Assembly: GCA_902800055.1 (NCBI GenBank)
Contig: CADCCW010000002.1
Span: 6,169 to 70,168 of the forward strand
Source of the DNA: an uncultured bacterium
GTDB lineage: Bacteria > Verrucomicrobiota > Kiritimatiellia > RFP12 > UBA1067
Direction: 5' to 3'
Length of the DNA stretch: 64,000 bases
Below, one piece after another: positions 55,385 through 64,000 of the stretch (its first letter is position 1; every line of letters begins with the position of its first letter). The translations under genes were made by a program, and so were the position numbers. The notes beneath the pieces were generated by a model. That model made no database searches, was not told the origin of the DNA, and saw only the letters and a list, made by a program, of their open reading frames with translations.

Positions 55385-55404
55385 GCCAAATTATGGTATA
55401 ATAA
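55385..55404 (+). promoter_or_regulatory. extended -10 promoter CCAAATTATGGTATAATAAC, 7 nt upstream of ATG 55410 (leaderless)
   Basis: Conserved motif. Confidence 0.55.
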
Positions 55405-55409
55405 CGGCC

Positions 55410-57095
55410 ATGAACACCAGAAGCACCATTGCCGCGCTTGCCGCGGTTCTCTCCGCCGCATCCGCATTCGGCGACGCGACCATTCCCTTCGACCCCTCGA
55501 CGCCGGCCTTCAAGGACCAGCGCGATCACCGCAGCGGCTCCTGCATCGGCTACGCCGGCTGCGTCACCGACATCGGCGGCAAGTACACCGACGAGTTCAT
55601 GCGCGACCCTGACGCGCTCTGGGAGCAGTTCCAGAAGTCCGGCGCCTACGTGGTGAAGCAGTGGAGCGCCAACGAGGACTGGAACCAGTCGATGGCCTAC
55701 CAGCGGCTGAAGACAGACGCCGAGCGCGCGGAGTTCCGCAAGAAGTACCCGAACACCACGTTCGTCGCGCCAGAGAAGATCTGGCAGTGGCGCAAGGACC
55801 ACGGCATCAGGATCCTCCTCTGCCTCGAGAACTACGGCGTCACCACCAACTACATGCCGTTTACGCGCACCGACGACATCGCGGCCGTCAAGGAGAAGAT
55901 CCTCGAGATGGTCCAGTGGATCGTCGACAACGGCTTCCAGGACCAGGTGATCGGCTTCGAGCTCGGCAACGAGCCGTACTTCGGCAGCGAGCCGGAGAAG
56001 TTCGCCGCGCGCTGGTCCGAGATCATCCCCGAGATGAAGCGCATCTTCCCCGAGGCCGAGATCGGCTTCTCCATCGCCGAGTACCGCGACGGCGACCCCG
56101 ACGTCGCGGCCGTCCGCGCGCGATCCACCGCGGTGGACAAGTGGTTCGAGGGCGGATCCGAGTTCGGCTTCAACAAGATCAACCAGTGGTCTGGCCGCTT
56201 CATCGTGGCCTTCTCCAACTGCCTCGACCACTGTTCGCACGTCATCTACCACTTCTACGGCGGCGACGCCGCCTACGGCTGCGGCGCGAGCGGCTTCGCG
56301 CGCATCCGCAACTTCGCGAAGGCCTTCCCCGAGGTGAAGGACAAGCGGGTGTGGATTACTGAATGGCGCGAGCGTTCCGACGAGGACTGCCGCTGCCAGC
56401 AGATGCACTCCTCGTCGATCTTTAAGGCCCACTACGCGCTTGCCTGCATCTGCCAGCCGAACATCGACTCGATCAACCTCCACAGCTGCAACTCGCTTGC
56501 CGGCGGGTTCGACATCGCCACCGGCGACGGCTCGTGGTACATCCAGTGGGACCCCGCCGGGCGCGACTTCTCCGACCCCGACTTCACCGGCCGCCCGCGC
56601 ATCGAGACCGGTCCCGTGGGTCCAGTGTTCAGCATGTACAACCAGGCGCTCATCGCCCACCCGCTCATCATGGACCACGGCGTCTGGGAAGGCGGCTCGA
56701 TCACCAACTCGAGCTACTGGAGCGCCAACGTCTTCTACGGCTTCCACCATGCGATGGTCGGCTGGCTCACCTACGGGGCGGATCCCAAGAAGCTGCCGCA
56801 GAACAAGGGCAACGCGGAATGGGTGCTTGCTACCAACCCCGAGCGCACGTCGATCGCAATCCTCGTCTGCAACTCCACCCGCAGCGACTGGAAGCCGACG
56901 CTGGCGATGACTGGTGCCAAGCCCGGCCAGGCGCACTACCGCACCTTCAGCTGCCCCGACGAGAAGCGGATCTTCGTGCACCAGATCCCCGGCGAGCCGA
57001 GGCCGACGGTCGAGGCCGAGTACGACGGCGACGCGGCGAACCTGGTGGTGCCCGCCTACACGATCGCCACCATCACCATCCCCGTCGTCAAGTGA
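55410..57095 (+). CDS. secreted glycoside hydrolase, clan GH-A (NEP acid/base and ITEW nucleophile motifs)
   Basis: Signal peptide; VIGFELGNEPYF and VWITEW, typical of GH-A retaining glycosidases (GH5/GH39/GH79-like). Confidence 0.55.
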   Translation: MNTRSTIAALAAVLSAASAFGDATIPFDPSTPAFKDQRDHRSGSCIGYAGCVTDIGGKYTDEFMRDPDALWEQFQKSGAYVVKQWSANEDWNQSMAYQRLKTDAERAEFRKKYPNTTFVAPEKIWQWRKDHGIRILLCLENYGVTTNYMPFTRTDDIAAVKEKILEMVQWIVDNGFQDQVIGFELGNEPYFGSEPEKFAARWSEIIPEMKRIFPEAEIGFSIAEYRDGDPDVAAVRARSTAVDKWFEGGSEFGFNKINQWSGRFIVAFSNCLDHCSHVIYHFYGGDAAYGCGASGFARIRNFAKAFPEVKDKRVWITEWRERSDEDCRCQQMHSSSIFKAHYALACICQPNIDSINLHSCNSLAGGFDIATGDGSWYIQWDPAGRDFSDPDFTGRPRIETGPVGPVFSMYNQALIAHPLIMDHGVWEGGSITNSSYWSANVFYGFHHAMVGWLTYGADPKKLPQNKGNAEWVLATNPERTSIAILVCNSTRSDWKPTLAMTGAKPGQAHYRTFSCPDEKRIFVHQIPGEPRPTVEAEYDGDAANLVVPAYTIATITIPVVK

Positions 57096-57130
57096 CGGCA
57101 TCTGCCAGCGCCTAAACGAAAGGACAAGCG

Positions 57131-58432
57131 ATGAAAAACAATGTCTTCAGGACGGCCGCGGCGGCGGCGCTCTGCCTAGTCGTCGCGGCGGCGACGGCGA
57201 AGGACTTCTCCACCACGATCGACCTCGCGCCGGCTCAGCCTTTGGCGCGGGTACCGAAGAAGTTCCCCGGCTTCGGCTACGTCTGCGACCCCAAGGTCGG
57301 CGGCGAGGAGACGGTGCTCGAGTACCGCCATTCCGGTGCGTGGGTGCTCAAGACCAAGGTCTGCGACGACAAGACGCTTGAGTTCCTAATGCGGAACCGG
57401 ATCTCGATCCTGCTGGTGCTCAACGGTTCGCGCGAGAAGATCAACGCCGATCTCCGGCGCATCGCCGACGGCAAGTACGGCCCCGCGATTGCCGGCTTCC
57501 AGCTCGGCGACCGGCCCGACGGCGACGGCGACGCGGAGAAGTGGCGCGCGGTGGTGTCGTCGATCCGGCGCCAGTTCAAGGACACGCCAATCGCCATCCC
57601 GGCGGCGGACGCCAAGCCGCCGATGGCTAAGATGCTGGCGGACAGGATGCGCGACGTCTCCAAGCTCGTCTACGACTTCTCCAAGGTGCCCGCGCCCTAC
57701 AAGCAGCTCAAGGAAATCACCAAGACGATCACCTTCGGCGGCAACAAGGACCTGAAGCGCATGCGCCTCTGGGTGATCGCCCCCGACCGGATGCCGGGGA
57801 GCGACGAGTCCACCCGCTCCGACTTCAAGACCATCAGCTGGAAGATCCACTGGATGATGTCCGCCTACGCGGTGGAGGCGGTGGACGCGGTGCTCTTCAA
57901 CCAGCCGATGCAGCCGGACGAATTCGGGTACACGCTGCGCTACCTCGGCCTGGCCTTCCGCGACCACGGCACCGTGCTCACCCATGGCGAGTCGGCTTCG
58001 GCGGACGCGGCGAAGTCGAAGAACAGCTCGCCCGACCTCGAGCAGGACTTCGACGACCTCACCGGCGGCTTTGGCGGCGAGGACAACATGAAGATCGTCG
58101 CCTCGCCCAAGGCCTGCGCCAACCTCGCGGACGGCAAGACCGGCGACGTCGAGTACCTGGCGCTCGCGAACGACTCCGACCGCCTCTGCCTGGTGATGGT
58201 CAACACCTCCGGGAGGCGCACGAAGTACTCGGTGGAGACCAAGGGCAAGAAGACCGGCAACTGCACCATCCGCCGCATGTACTTGGACCCCGAGACGAAG
58301 AAAGTGAAGCGCGAGGCGTTCGGCGGCTACGGCCAGCCAGGGCTCCCCTACACCTCCTACGTCGAGCCGGACGCGGTGGAGACCGTGACCCTCATTCTCA
58401 CCGACAAGAAGCACAACCAGGCGGGCTACTGA
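57131..58432 (+). CDS. secreted hypothetical protein
   Basis: Signal peptide, 433 aa, no confident family. Confidence 0.45.
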   Translation: MKNNVFRTAAAAALCLVVAAATAKDFSTTIDLAPAQPLARVPKKFPGFGYVCDPKVGGEETVLEYRHSGAWVLKTKVCDDKTLEFLMRNRISILLVLNGSREKINADLRRIADGKYGPAIAGFQLGDRPDGDGDAEKWRAVVSSIRRQFKDTPIAIPAADAKPPMAKMLADRMRDVSKLVYDFSKVPAPYKQLKEITKTITFGGNKDLKRMRLWVIAPDRMPGSDESTRSDFKTISWKIHWMMSAYAVEAVDAVLFNQPMQPDEFGYTLRYLGLAFRDHGTVLTHGESASADAAKSKNSSPDLEQDFDDLTGGFGGEDNMKIVASPKACANLADGKTGDVEYLALANDSDRLCLVMVNTSGRRTKYSVETKGKKTGNCTIRRMYLDPETKKVKREAFGGYGQPGLPYTSYVEPDAVETVTLILTDKKHNQAGY

Positions 58433-58437
58433 CGGCA

Positions 58438-59073
58438 ATGGCGCGCGGCGTTTTCATCACCTTCGAGGGCGGCGAGGGCTGCGGCAAGTCGACGCAGGCG
58501 GCCGTCCTCAAGGACGCGCTGGAGCGCTCGGGGCGGAAGGTGTTGCTCACCCGCGAGCCCGGCGGCACCTGGCTTTCGGAGGAGATCCGCGCGCTTCTCA
58601 AGGACCAGTCGAAGGACCCGCCGTGCAACCGTGCGGAGACGCTCCTCTTCCTCGCGGCGCGCGCGCAGCTGGTGGAAAGGGTGATTCTGCCCGCGCTCGA
58701 GCGCGGCGAATGGGTGGTTTCTGACCGCTTCAGCGATTCCACCCTCGCCTACCAGGGGCATGGGCGCGGCCTGCCGCTCGACCTGCTCGCCGAGGCGAAC
58801 GGCTTTGCCTGCCGCGGGCTGAAGCCCGACATAACCTTCCTCTTCGACCTGCCGCCGGAGGAGGCGGAGCGGCGCATGCGCGAGCGCGAGGCCCGCGAGC
58901 ACGCCCGCGCCGACCGCATCGAGCGCGAGGCGGCTGACTTCCACGAGCGCATCCGCCGCGGGTTCCTGGCGATGGCTGCGGCGGAGCCGGAGCGGTTCGT
59001 GGTGGTGGACGCTTCCGCGTCCAAAGACGAGATTGCGGGGAGGATATGGACGGAGCTGAGGCGTTTCGGCTGA
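58438..59073 (+). CDS. tmk: thymidylate kinase
   Basis: FITFEGGEGCGKST P-loop, DRF motif, LID region. Confidence 0.9.
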   Translation: MARGVFITFEGGEGCGKSTQAAVLKDALERSGRKVLLTREPGGTWLSEEIRALLKDQSKDPPCNRAETLLFLAARAQLVERVILPALERGEWVVSDRFSDSTLAYQGHGRGLPLDLLAEANGFACRGLKPDITFLFDLPPEEAERRMREREAREHARADRIEREAADFHERIRRGFLAMAAAEPERFVVVDASASKDEIAGRIWTELRRFG

Positions 59074-59810
59074 TCGCGCGCGCAATCGACGCGGGTTCCG
59101 CCGCCCACGGCTACCTCGTTGTCGGCGATGTGCGCGGCAACGCCGCGGAGCTGGTGGAAAAGGTGCTCAGGAAGCTCTTCCCCGACGCGCAGGAGCAGGT
59201 CGCCGCCGGCGTCCATCCCGACGTAGTGACGCTCGAGCCCGAGGGCAAGAAGCGCATCATCACCATCGACTCGATGCGCAGCCGCATCGTCGTCCCCATG
59301 TCCACGACCTCATTCTCCGGCGGCTGGAAGGTTGGCGTCATCTCAGGCGCCGACCGTCTCAACACCGAAAGCGCCAACGCCTTCCTGAAGTCGCTTGAGG
59401 AGCCGCCGCCGAAGACGATGTACTTCCTGCTGACCGATCAGCCGGACGCGATCCTGCCCACCATCGTCTCGCGCACCCAGCGCATCGACCTCAAGCTGCC
59501 GCCGGGGCTGCTCGAAGGCGAGGAGTACGAGGCGGTGGCGGAGGCGTTCGCCGCCAAGGACGCATCTCGCCTCGCCGAGATTCTCGACGCTGCGGTAGAC
59601 GAGGCTTCGGATGCCGATGCCGCGCTTGTCCGCCGCCGCTTCTTCCGCACCTTGCTTTCGTTTGCGCGCGCGCAGATTCTTGCCGGCAAGCTGCCGCGCC
59701 ACCAGGCGTTCCGCAACGTCGAGTTCGTCGAGGAGGCCTATCGCCGCTGCGAGAAGGCGATGAAGGCGGAGCCGGTCCTCTCCTACCTCCTCGACCGTTT
59801 CGTGTTTTAA
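59046..59810 (+). CDS. holB: DNA polymerase III delta-prime subunit-like (HolB)
   Basis: AHGYLVVGD, LKSLEEPP, ILPTIVSRTQRIDL (SRC-like motif); overlaps the tmk 3' end, the usual tmk-holB linkage. Confidence 0.7.
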   Translation: MDGAEAFRLIARAIDAGSAAHGYLVVGDVRGNAAELVEKVLRKLFPDAQEQVAAGVHPDVVTLEPEGKKRIITIDSMRSRIVVPMSTTSFSGGWKVGVISGADRLNTESANAFLKSLEEPPPKTMYFLLTDQPDAILPTIVSRTQRIDLKLPPGLLEGEEYEAVAEAFAAKDASRLAEILDAAVDEASDADAALVRRRFFRTLLSFARAQILAGKLPRHQAFRNVEFVEEAYRRCEKAMKAEPVLSYLLDRFVF

Positions 59811-59823
59811 TGCGCGAGGGAGG

Positions 59824-61161
59824 ATGATGAAGCGAATACTCAGAAACACGTTTACCGTCGGTGGCCTTACCGCGGTGAGCCGTGTTTTGGGTCTGGTGCG
59901 CGAGATGCTCCAGTCGCGCCTCATCGGCGCCGGCGTGGAGCAGAGCGCGTTCACGCTCGCGTTTGCCATTCCCAACATGGCGCGCAAGCTCTTCGGCGAG
60001 GGCGCGCTCACCGCGGCGTTCGTGCCGGTCTTCAAGGGCGAGGTCGAGCGCGGCGACGTGGAGGAGGCGCGGCGGCTGGCGCGGATGGTGATGACCACGG
60101 TCGTCGCCGTGCTTGGCGCGGCGACGGCGCTCGCGGTGCTGGCGGTGACGGCATGGATGGGCTTCGGCGCGCATTCTCCGCGCGCGGAGCTGACGCTCAG
60201 GCTGGTGCGGATCCTCCTGCCCTACATGGTCTTCATCTGCGGCGCGGCGTTCGGGATGGGGGTCTTGAACTCGCTCGGGCGCTTCGCCGAGGGCGCGTTC
60301 ATGCCGGCGATGCTCAACTTGGTGTGGATTGCCGCGCTCGGGCTCCTCTGCTTCTTTCCTGGGCTCGCCATCTCAACCCGCATCGCCGTGGTCTGCTGGG
60401 CGATCCTGCTCGGTGGCCTCGCGCAGATGCTTTTCCTCATGCGCTGCATGGCGAAAAGGGGGTATGCCTTCCGCTTTGCGCTGCCGGACTTCTCCAACCC
60501 GCGCTTCCGCCTGGTGTGGAAGAACACCTTCATCGGCGCGGTCGGGGCGGGGGCGATCCAGATCAACTACATGCTCGACCAGGTGCTCGCACAGTGCGCC
60601 GCGCCGTGGGCGGCCGGGGTGATCGGCTACGCGGAGCGGCTCATGGACCTGCCGCTCGGCGTCGTCGGGGTGGCGTTCGGTACGGTGCTGCTGCCGACCT
60701 TTTCCGGGCTTTTCGCGCGCAACGACCACGCCGGGGCGCGGCGCGCGCTCGGGGTCTCTGTCCTCCAGATGCTCGCGGTGATGGTGCCGGCGTCGGTCGT
60801 CACCTTCTTCTGCGCGCCGTGGATCGTCGAGCTCATCTACGAAGGGCACGCGTTCGACGCGACGGCCACGGTGCGTGTCGCGCGGGCGCTTTCGGTCTAC
60901 GGGCTGGGGCTTTCGTTCTTCGCCATCCAGAAGTGCATGATTCCGTTCTTCCAGGCGCAGAAGGACATGAAGACGCCACTCAACGTGACGCTCGCGACGA
61001 GTGTCCTCAACGCCGCGCTCAACATCGCCGCGGTCGTCTGCCTGCCGCAGGAGTGGCGCCACGTGGGGCTGGCGGCGTCCACCTCGTTCTGCTCCTTCGC
61101 CGGCTGCCTGCTGTTCGCACTTGCGTTTATCCGCCAGATTAGGTATAATACGCGCCACTAA
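59824..61161 (+). CDS. murJ: lipid II flippase MurJ (MviN)
   Basis: MOP-superfamily 12-TM pattern; N-terminal VSRVLGLVREMLQSRLIGAG..AFxxAF motifs of MurJ. Confidence 0.8.
   Translation: MMKRILRNTFTVGGLTAVSRVLGLVREMLQSRLIGAGVEQSAFTLAFAIPNMARKLFGEGALTAAFVPVFKGEVERGDVEEARRLARMVMTTVVAVLGAATALAVLAVTAWMGFGAHSPRAELTLRLVRILLPYMVFICGAAFGMGVLNSLGRFAEGAFMPAMLNLVWIAALGLLCFFPGLAISTRIAVVCWAILLGGLAQMLFLMRCMAKRGYAFRFALPDFSNPRFRLVWKNTFIGAVGAGAIQINYMLDQVLAQCAAPWAAGVIGYAERLMDLPLGVVGVAFGTVLLPTFSGLFARNDHAGARRALGVSVLQMLAVMVPASVVTFFCAPWIVELIYEGHAFDATATVRVARALSVYGLGLSFFAIQKCMIPFFQAQKDMKTPLNVTLATSVLNAALNIAAVVCLPQEWRHVGLAASTSFCSFAGCLLFALAFIRQIRYNTRH
61137..61152 (+). promoter_or_regulatory. extended -10 promoter AGATTAGGTATAATAC embedded in the last codons of murJ
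   Basis: Conserved motif; the murJ stop TAA lies 8 nt after the -10 box. Confidence 0.5.
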
Positions 61162-61195
61162 TTTCACCCCAAAAGGAAGAAACGAGAGGTAGAAA

Positions 61196-61411
61196 ATGGG
61201 TACTGGTCGCACACTACGCAAAGAATCGCATGTCCGTCCGTGCAAGACGCCGGCCGGCAAGGCCCGCCGTTCCAAGGCCCAGCGCGCAAGGCTGGTCAAG
61301 TTCGGCATGGACGCCGAGACCGTCGGCCACATGGGTGCGGAGGAAGTCCGCGTCCTCGTGCAGCGCCCGACGCTGGTGAAGAAGCTCGTCGCCAAGGCCA
61401 AGAAGGCCTAA
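61196..61411 (+). CDS. small basic Lys/Ala/Arg-rich protein (histone-H1-like tail), hypothetical
   Basis: 71 aa; preceded by the conserved promoter and a GAGAGG SD; C-terminus KKLVAKAKKA. Confidence 0.4.
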   Translation: MGTGRTLRKESHVRPCKTPAGKARRSKAQRARLVKFGMDAETVGHMGAEEVRVLVQRPTLVKKLVAKAKKA

Positions 61412-61442
61412 TCCCCGGGTGCGTCCGCTGCGGCCGTTGGCG

Positions 61443-62267
61443 ATGACCAAGGTCTGCTGTTCGGTTCCCGAGCGCTGCGTCAATCCCCTCTTCGAGGTGT
61501 TCGAAGGAGGGGATTTCGTTTTGACTTCGTACCGGGACGTCGAGGCGCCGCTCGCGGAGATGCGCATCTTCTTCGAGGAGGGCGATCCCGAGCCCGCCCT
61601 TAGGCGTGCGCTGGAGCTGGTCGGCTGCGAGGCCGAGATCCGGCGCGAGGAGGTGGCCGAGGAGGACTGGCGCTTCGCCTACCGCCGTCATTTCAAGACC
61701 GAGCTCGTGAGCCCGCACATCCTCGTCCAGCCTGAGTGGGAGCGCCTGGCGGTCGTCAAGTTCGACCCCGGGCTCGCCTTCGGCACCGGCCGGCACGAAA
61801 CGACTCGCGCATGCCTCCAGTACATCGACGAACTTGCTCCTGCCGAGGGCGAGGCGTGCTCGCTGCTGGACATGGGCTGTGGCTCGGGCATCCTCTCCAT
61901 CGCCGCGGCGAAGCTCGGCTATGCGCCGGTCTCCGGCTTCGACGTCGACCCCGAAGCCGTCGCCGCCTCGCAGGAGAACGCGGCGAAGAACGGCGTGACG
62001 GCGAAGTTCTTCCGTCATGCGCTCGGTGGGCGCGGCGGCGCGGCGCTTGAACCGGCCGATCTGGTGGTCGCCAACATCCTCGGCCCGCTGCTCATCCGCT
62101 TCGCCGACGAGATCGTCCCCTGCGTGAGGCGTCGTCTGGTCGTCTCCGGCATCCTGAACGAGCTTTACGGCGATGTCTCAGCCGCCTACCGGGCGCGCTC
62201 GCTCGCGGAAGTCTCGCACAAGACGATCGGCGAATGGACGACCGGCCTCTTCGAGGTTGTGGTATAA
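61443..62267 (+). CDS. prmA: ribosomal protein L11 methyltransferase
   Basis: FGTGRHETT, LDMGCGSGILSIAA, DVDPEAV; alternative upstream in-frame start at 61419. Confidence 0.8.
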   Translation: MTKVCCSVPERCVNPLFEVFEGGDFVLTSYRDVEAPLAEMRIFFEEGDPEPALRRALELVGCEAEIRREEVAEEDWRFAYRRHFKTELVSPHILVQPEWERLAVVKFDPGLAFGTGRHETTRACLQYIDELAPAEGEACSLLDMGCGSGILSIAAAKLGYAPVSGFDVDPEAVAASQENAAKNGVTAKFFRHALGGRGGAALEPADLVVANILGPLLIRFADEIVPCVRRRLVVSGILNELYGDVSAAYRARSLAEVSHKTIGEWTTGLFEVVV

Positions 62268-62270
62268 TAC
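62256..62270 (+). promoter_or_regulatory. extended -10 promoter GTTGTGGTATAATAC overlapping the prmA stop codon, 6 nt upstream of the mraY ATG (leaderless)
   Basis: The prmA TAA stop is the TAA inside TATAAT. Confidence 0.55.
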
Positions 62271-62274
62271 ACCT

Positions 62275-63378
62275 ATGCTCTACTATCTTGCCGATATACT
62301 CAAGGACGTCTGGGGGCCGTTCCGGCTCTTCGGGTCGCATGTCTTCTTGCTCGCGGGCGGCACCTTCGTCGCCGCGCTCGCGGTCTACTTCGCGCTGCCG
62401 CACCTGTGGGACCGGCTGCCGCGCGATCGCGGCAAGGCGATCCTCGGCGACATGGGCGGCATGCGCAGCGCGGGCAAGCCGACTGGGGCCGGCTTCTGGG
62501 TTACGCTCGTAGCACTGCCGGTGATCATCCTTTTCGCGCCGCTCAAGTTCTGGGACATGGCGGCGATGCTCGCGCTCTACGCGGCGATGCTCTTCGGCTA
62601 CCTCGACGACCGCGCGGTCGTGCCGTGGGGGGAGCTCAAGAAGGGGATCCTCGACGCGGTGGTGTCAGCGGCGATTGCGGTATTCGTGTTCCTCGGCCAT
62701 GCCGAGCCGGTCGGCGGCGAGCAGGTGATGATTGCCTGGCTGCCGTTCGTAAAAGGGTTGTGGTTCGTCCCATGGTACATCTACGTGCCGGCCGCGGCGT
62801 TCATCCTCTGGTTTACCATGAACGCCACCAACTGCTCGGACGGCGTTGACGGACTTGCGGGGACGTTGACGGTGATTGCGCTCGCGATGCTCGCGTTCGT
62901 TCTCTACGTGGTGACTGGCTATCGTCCTGTCGCGCATTACTTCCTCATCCCCGTCTACGCCGAGTCCGCGCGCTGGGCGATTGTGGTGATGACCGTCGCG
63001 GGTGCGTTCGCGGGCTACCTCTGGTACAACGCGGAGCCGTCGAAGGTGCTGATGGGCGACGCGGGGAGCCGCTTCCTGGGCATCCTCGTCGCCACCGCCT
63101 CGCTGATGACGGGCAATCCGTTCATCGTCCTCGCTCTTTCGCCGATCGTGCTGGTGAACGGCGGCGGCGGACTCGGCAAGCTTGTCCTCCTCAGGCTTGC
63201 CAAGCGCGTCGGCTTCGACATCGGCGAGGGCAACATCATCCGCCGCATCCGCTTCCCGCTGCACGACCACTGCAAGAAGAACCTCAAGTGGTCGAACGCC
63301 CAGGTGCTGATGCGCTTTGTGCTCTTGCAGCTGGTGGTGATGCCGGTGCTGCTGCTGGTGATCCTCAAGGTGCGCTGA
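62275..63378 (+). CDS. mraY: phospho-N-acetylmuramoyl-pentapeptide-transferase
   Basis: GYLDD, NATNCSDGVDGLA, LMGDAGSRFLG, HDH (HHH-motif position) and terminal ..LKVR are collinear with E. coli MraY. Confidence 0.8.
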   Translation: MLYYLADILKDVWGPFRLFGSHVFLLAGGTFVAALAVYFALPHLWDRLPRDRGKAILGDMGGMRSAGKPTGAGFWVTLVALPVIILFAPLKFWDMAAMLALYAAMLFGYLDDRAVVPWGELKKGILDAVVSAAIAVFVFLGHAEPVGGEQVMIAWLPFVKGLWFVPWYIYVPAAAFILWFTMNATNCSDGVDGLAGTLTVIALAMLAFVLYVVTGYRPVAHYFLIPVYAESARWAIVVMTVAGAFAGYLWYNAEPSKVLMGDAGSRFLGILVATASLMTGNPFIVLALSPIVLVNGGGGLGKLVLLRLAKRVGFDIGEGNIIRRIRFPLHDHCKKNLKWSNAQVLMRFVLLQLVVMPVLLLVILKVR

Positions 63379-63388
63379 GCGCCGCGGC

Positions 63389-64000
63389 ATGGGCTGGACC
63401 GTACACCACCGCCGGGAGACCGCCTCCACCAACCTCGACGCGCGAGGCGGCGCGCCGTGGAGCGCGTTTACCGCCGACTTTCAGACCGCGGGGCGTGGAC
63501 GGCTTGACCACCGCTGGCACGCCTCGGGCGGCGTCAATTTGATGATGAGCGCGGTCGTACCCGTCGATGGCATGGCGGCGGAAGCGGCCGCAACATTCCC
63601 GCTTGTCGCCGGCCTCGCCGTCGTCCGCGCGCTTTCTTCCCTCTGCCCCGACGCGCCGGCTCCGTTCCTGCTCAAGTGGCCGAACGACGTCTATGCCGCG
63701 GGACGCAAGGTCTGCGGCATCCTCTGCGAGCGCGACGGCGAGAGGATCGTCGCCGGCATCGGGGTCAACGTGGGCGAGCGCGACTTCCCCGCCGAGCTCG
63801 CCGGCCGCGCGACTTCGCTTGCGCTTCTCCTTCCCGATGCGCCGCCGCCGGTCGCGGCGGTGCGCGACGCGGTGCTGGGCGAAATCGCCCGCCTCCACGC
63901 CGAATGGCGCCGTGACGGCTTCGCCGCGCTTTGGCCGCAGGTCTCGGCGGCGGATTTTCTCCGCGGCAGGGGAGTCGAGGTAGTGCAGACCGACGCCGAC
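63389..64000 (+). CDS. birA: biotin--[acetyl-CoA-carboxylase] ligase BirA, 5' partial (runs off the window end)
   Basis: Hand translation from ATG 63389 gives MGWTVHHRRETASTN..FQTAGRGRLDHRWHASGG..KWPNDVYAAGRKVCGILCE, the biotin-protein-ligase catalytic motifs. Not in the ORF track because no stop occurs before the window end. Confidence 0.75.
   Translation, partial: MGWTVHHRRETASTNLDARGGAPWSAFTADFQTAGRGRLDHRWHASGGVNLMMSAVVPVDGMAAEAAATFPLVAGLAVVRALSSLCPDAPAPFLLKWPNDVYAAGRKVCGILCERDGERIVAGIGVNVGERDFPAELAGRATSLALLLPDAPPPVAAVRDAVLGEIARLHAEWRRDGFAALWPQVSAADFLRGRGVEVVQTDAD

Overview
The window is a high-GC (~65%) bacterial chromosomal segment, almost entirely coding on the + strand. Only tilS is on the minus strand; the remaining long minus-strand ORFs in the track are GC-driven antisense artefacts.

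Gene content. There is a broken rlmI-like methyltransferase; carbohydrate-active enzymes (CE15-like esterase with a beta-helix domain, GH97, GH127, a clan GH-A hydrolase, uxaB, nahK-like kinase); and a PotD-like lipoprotein. Core genes include prfB, tsaB, tsaE, dxr-rseP-ispG, an O-antigen-ligase-family protein, dapL, rplY, rpsF-ssb-rpsR-rplI, prs, plsY, coaB, panC, queD, tmk, holB, murJ, prmA, mraY and a 5' fragment of birA running off the window end. There is a tRNA-Gly(UCC)/Leu(CAA)/Ser(GGA) cluster followed by a gldA/gldFG-like ABC-2 transporter plus a DUF4340 protein, then secY-gtrA-secretin-DUF481-B12/radical-SAM-glycosidase. This content (DapL route, many CAZymes, lipoproteins, secretin) fits a glycan-degrading member of the PVC superphylum, but I cannot assign taxonomy from sequence alone.

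Most notable observations:
(1) A ~3 kb AT-rich island (21.9-24.9 kb) inserted between a 2-hydroxyacid dehydrogenase and tsaE. It carries an uncharacterised Cys-rich 188-aa protein, a protein with ~10.5 near-identical 108-bp Sel1 repeats, and a VapBC toxin-antitoxin pair.
(2) A 1578-aa single ORF fusing a complete CHR chromate-transporter domain to a >1200-aa DUF3857/transglutaminase-like cysteine-protease-type domain.
(3) A strongly conserved promoter element TTTTTGGTATAATAC that recurs >15 times and often sits only 6-10 nt upstream of the ATG. This implies many leaderless mRNAs, and in two cases the -10 box is embedded in the last codons of the upstream gene.
(4) A stand-alone secretin next to a DUF481 outer-membrane protein and a B12-binding radical SAM enzyme.
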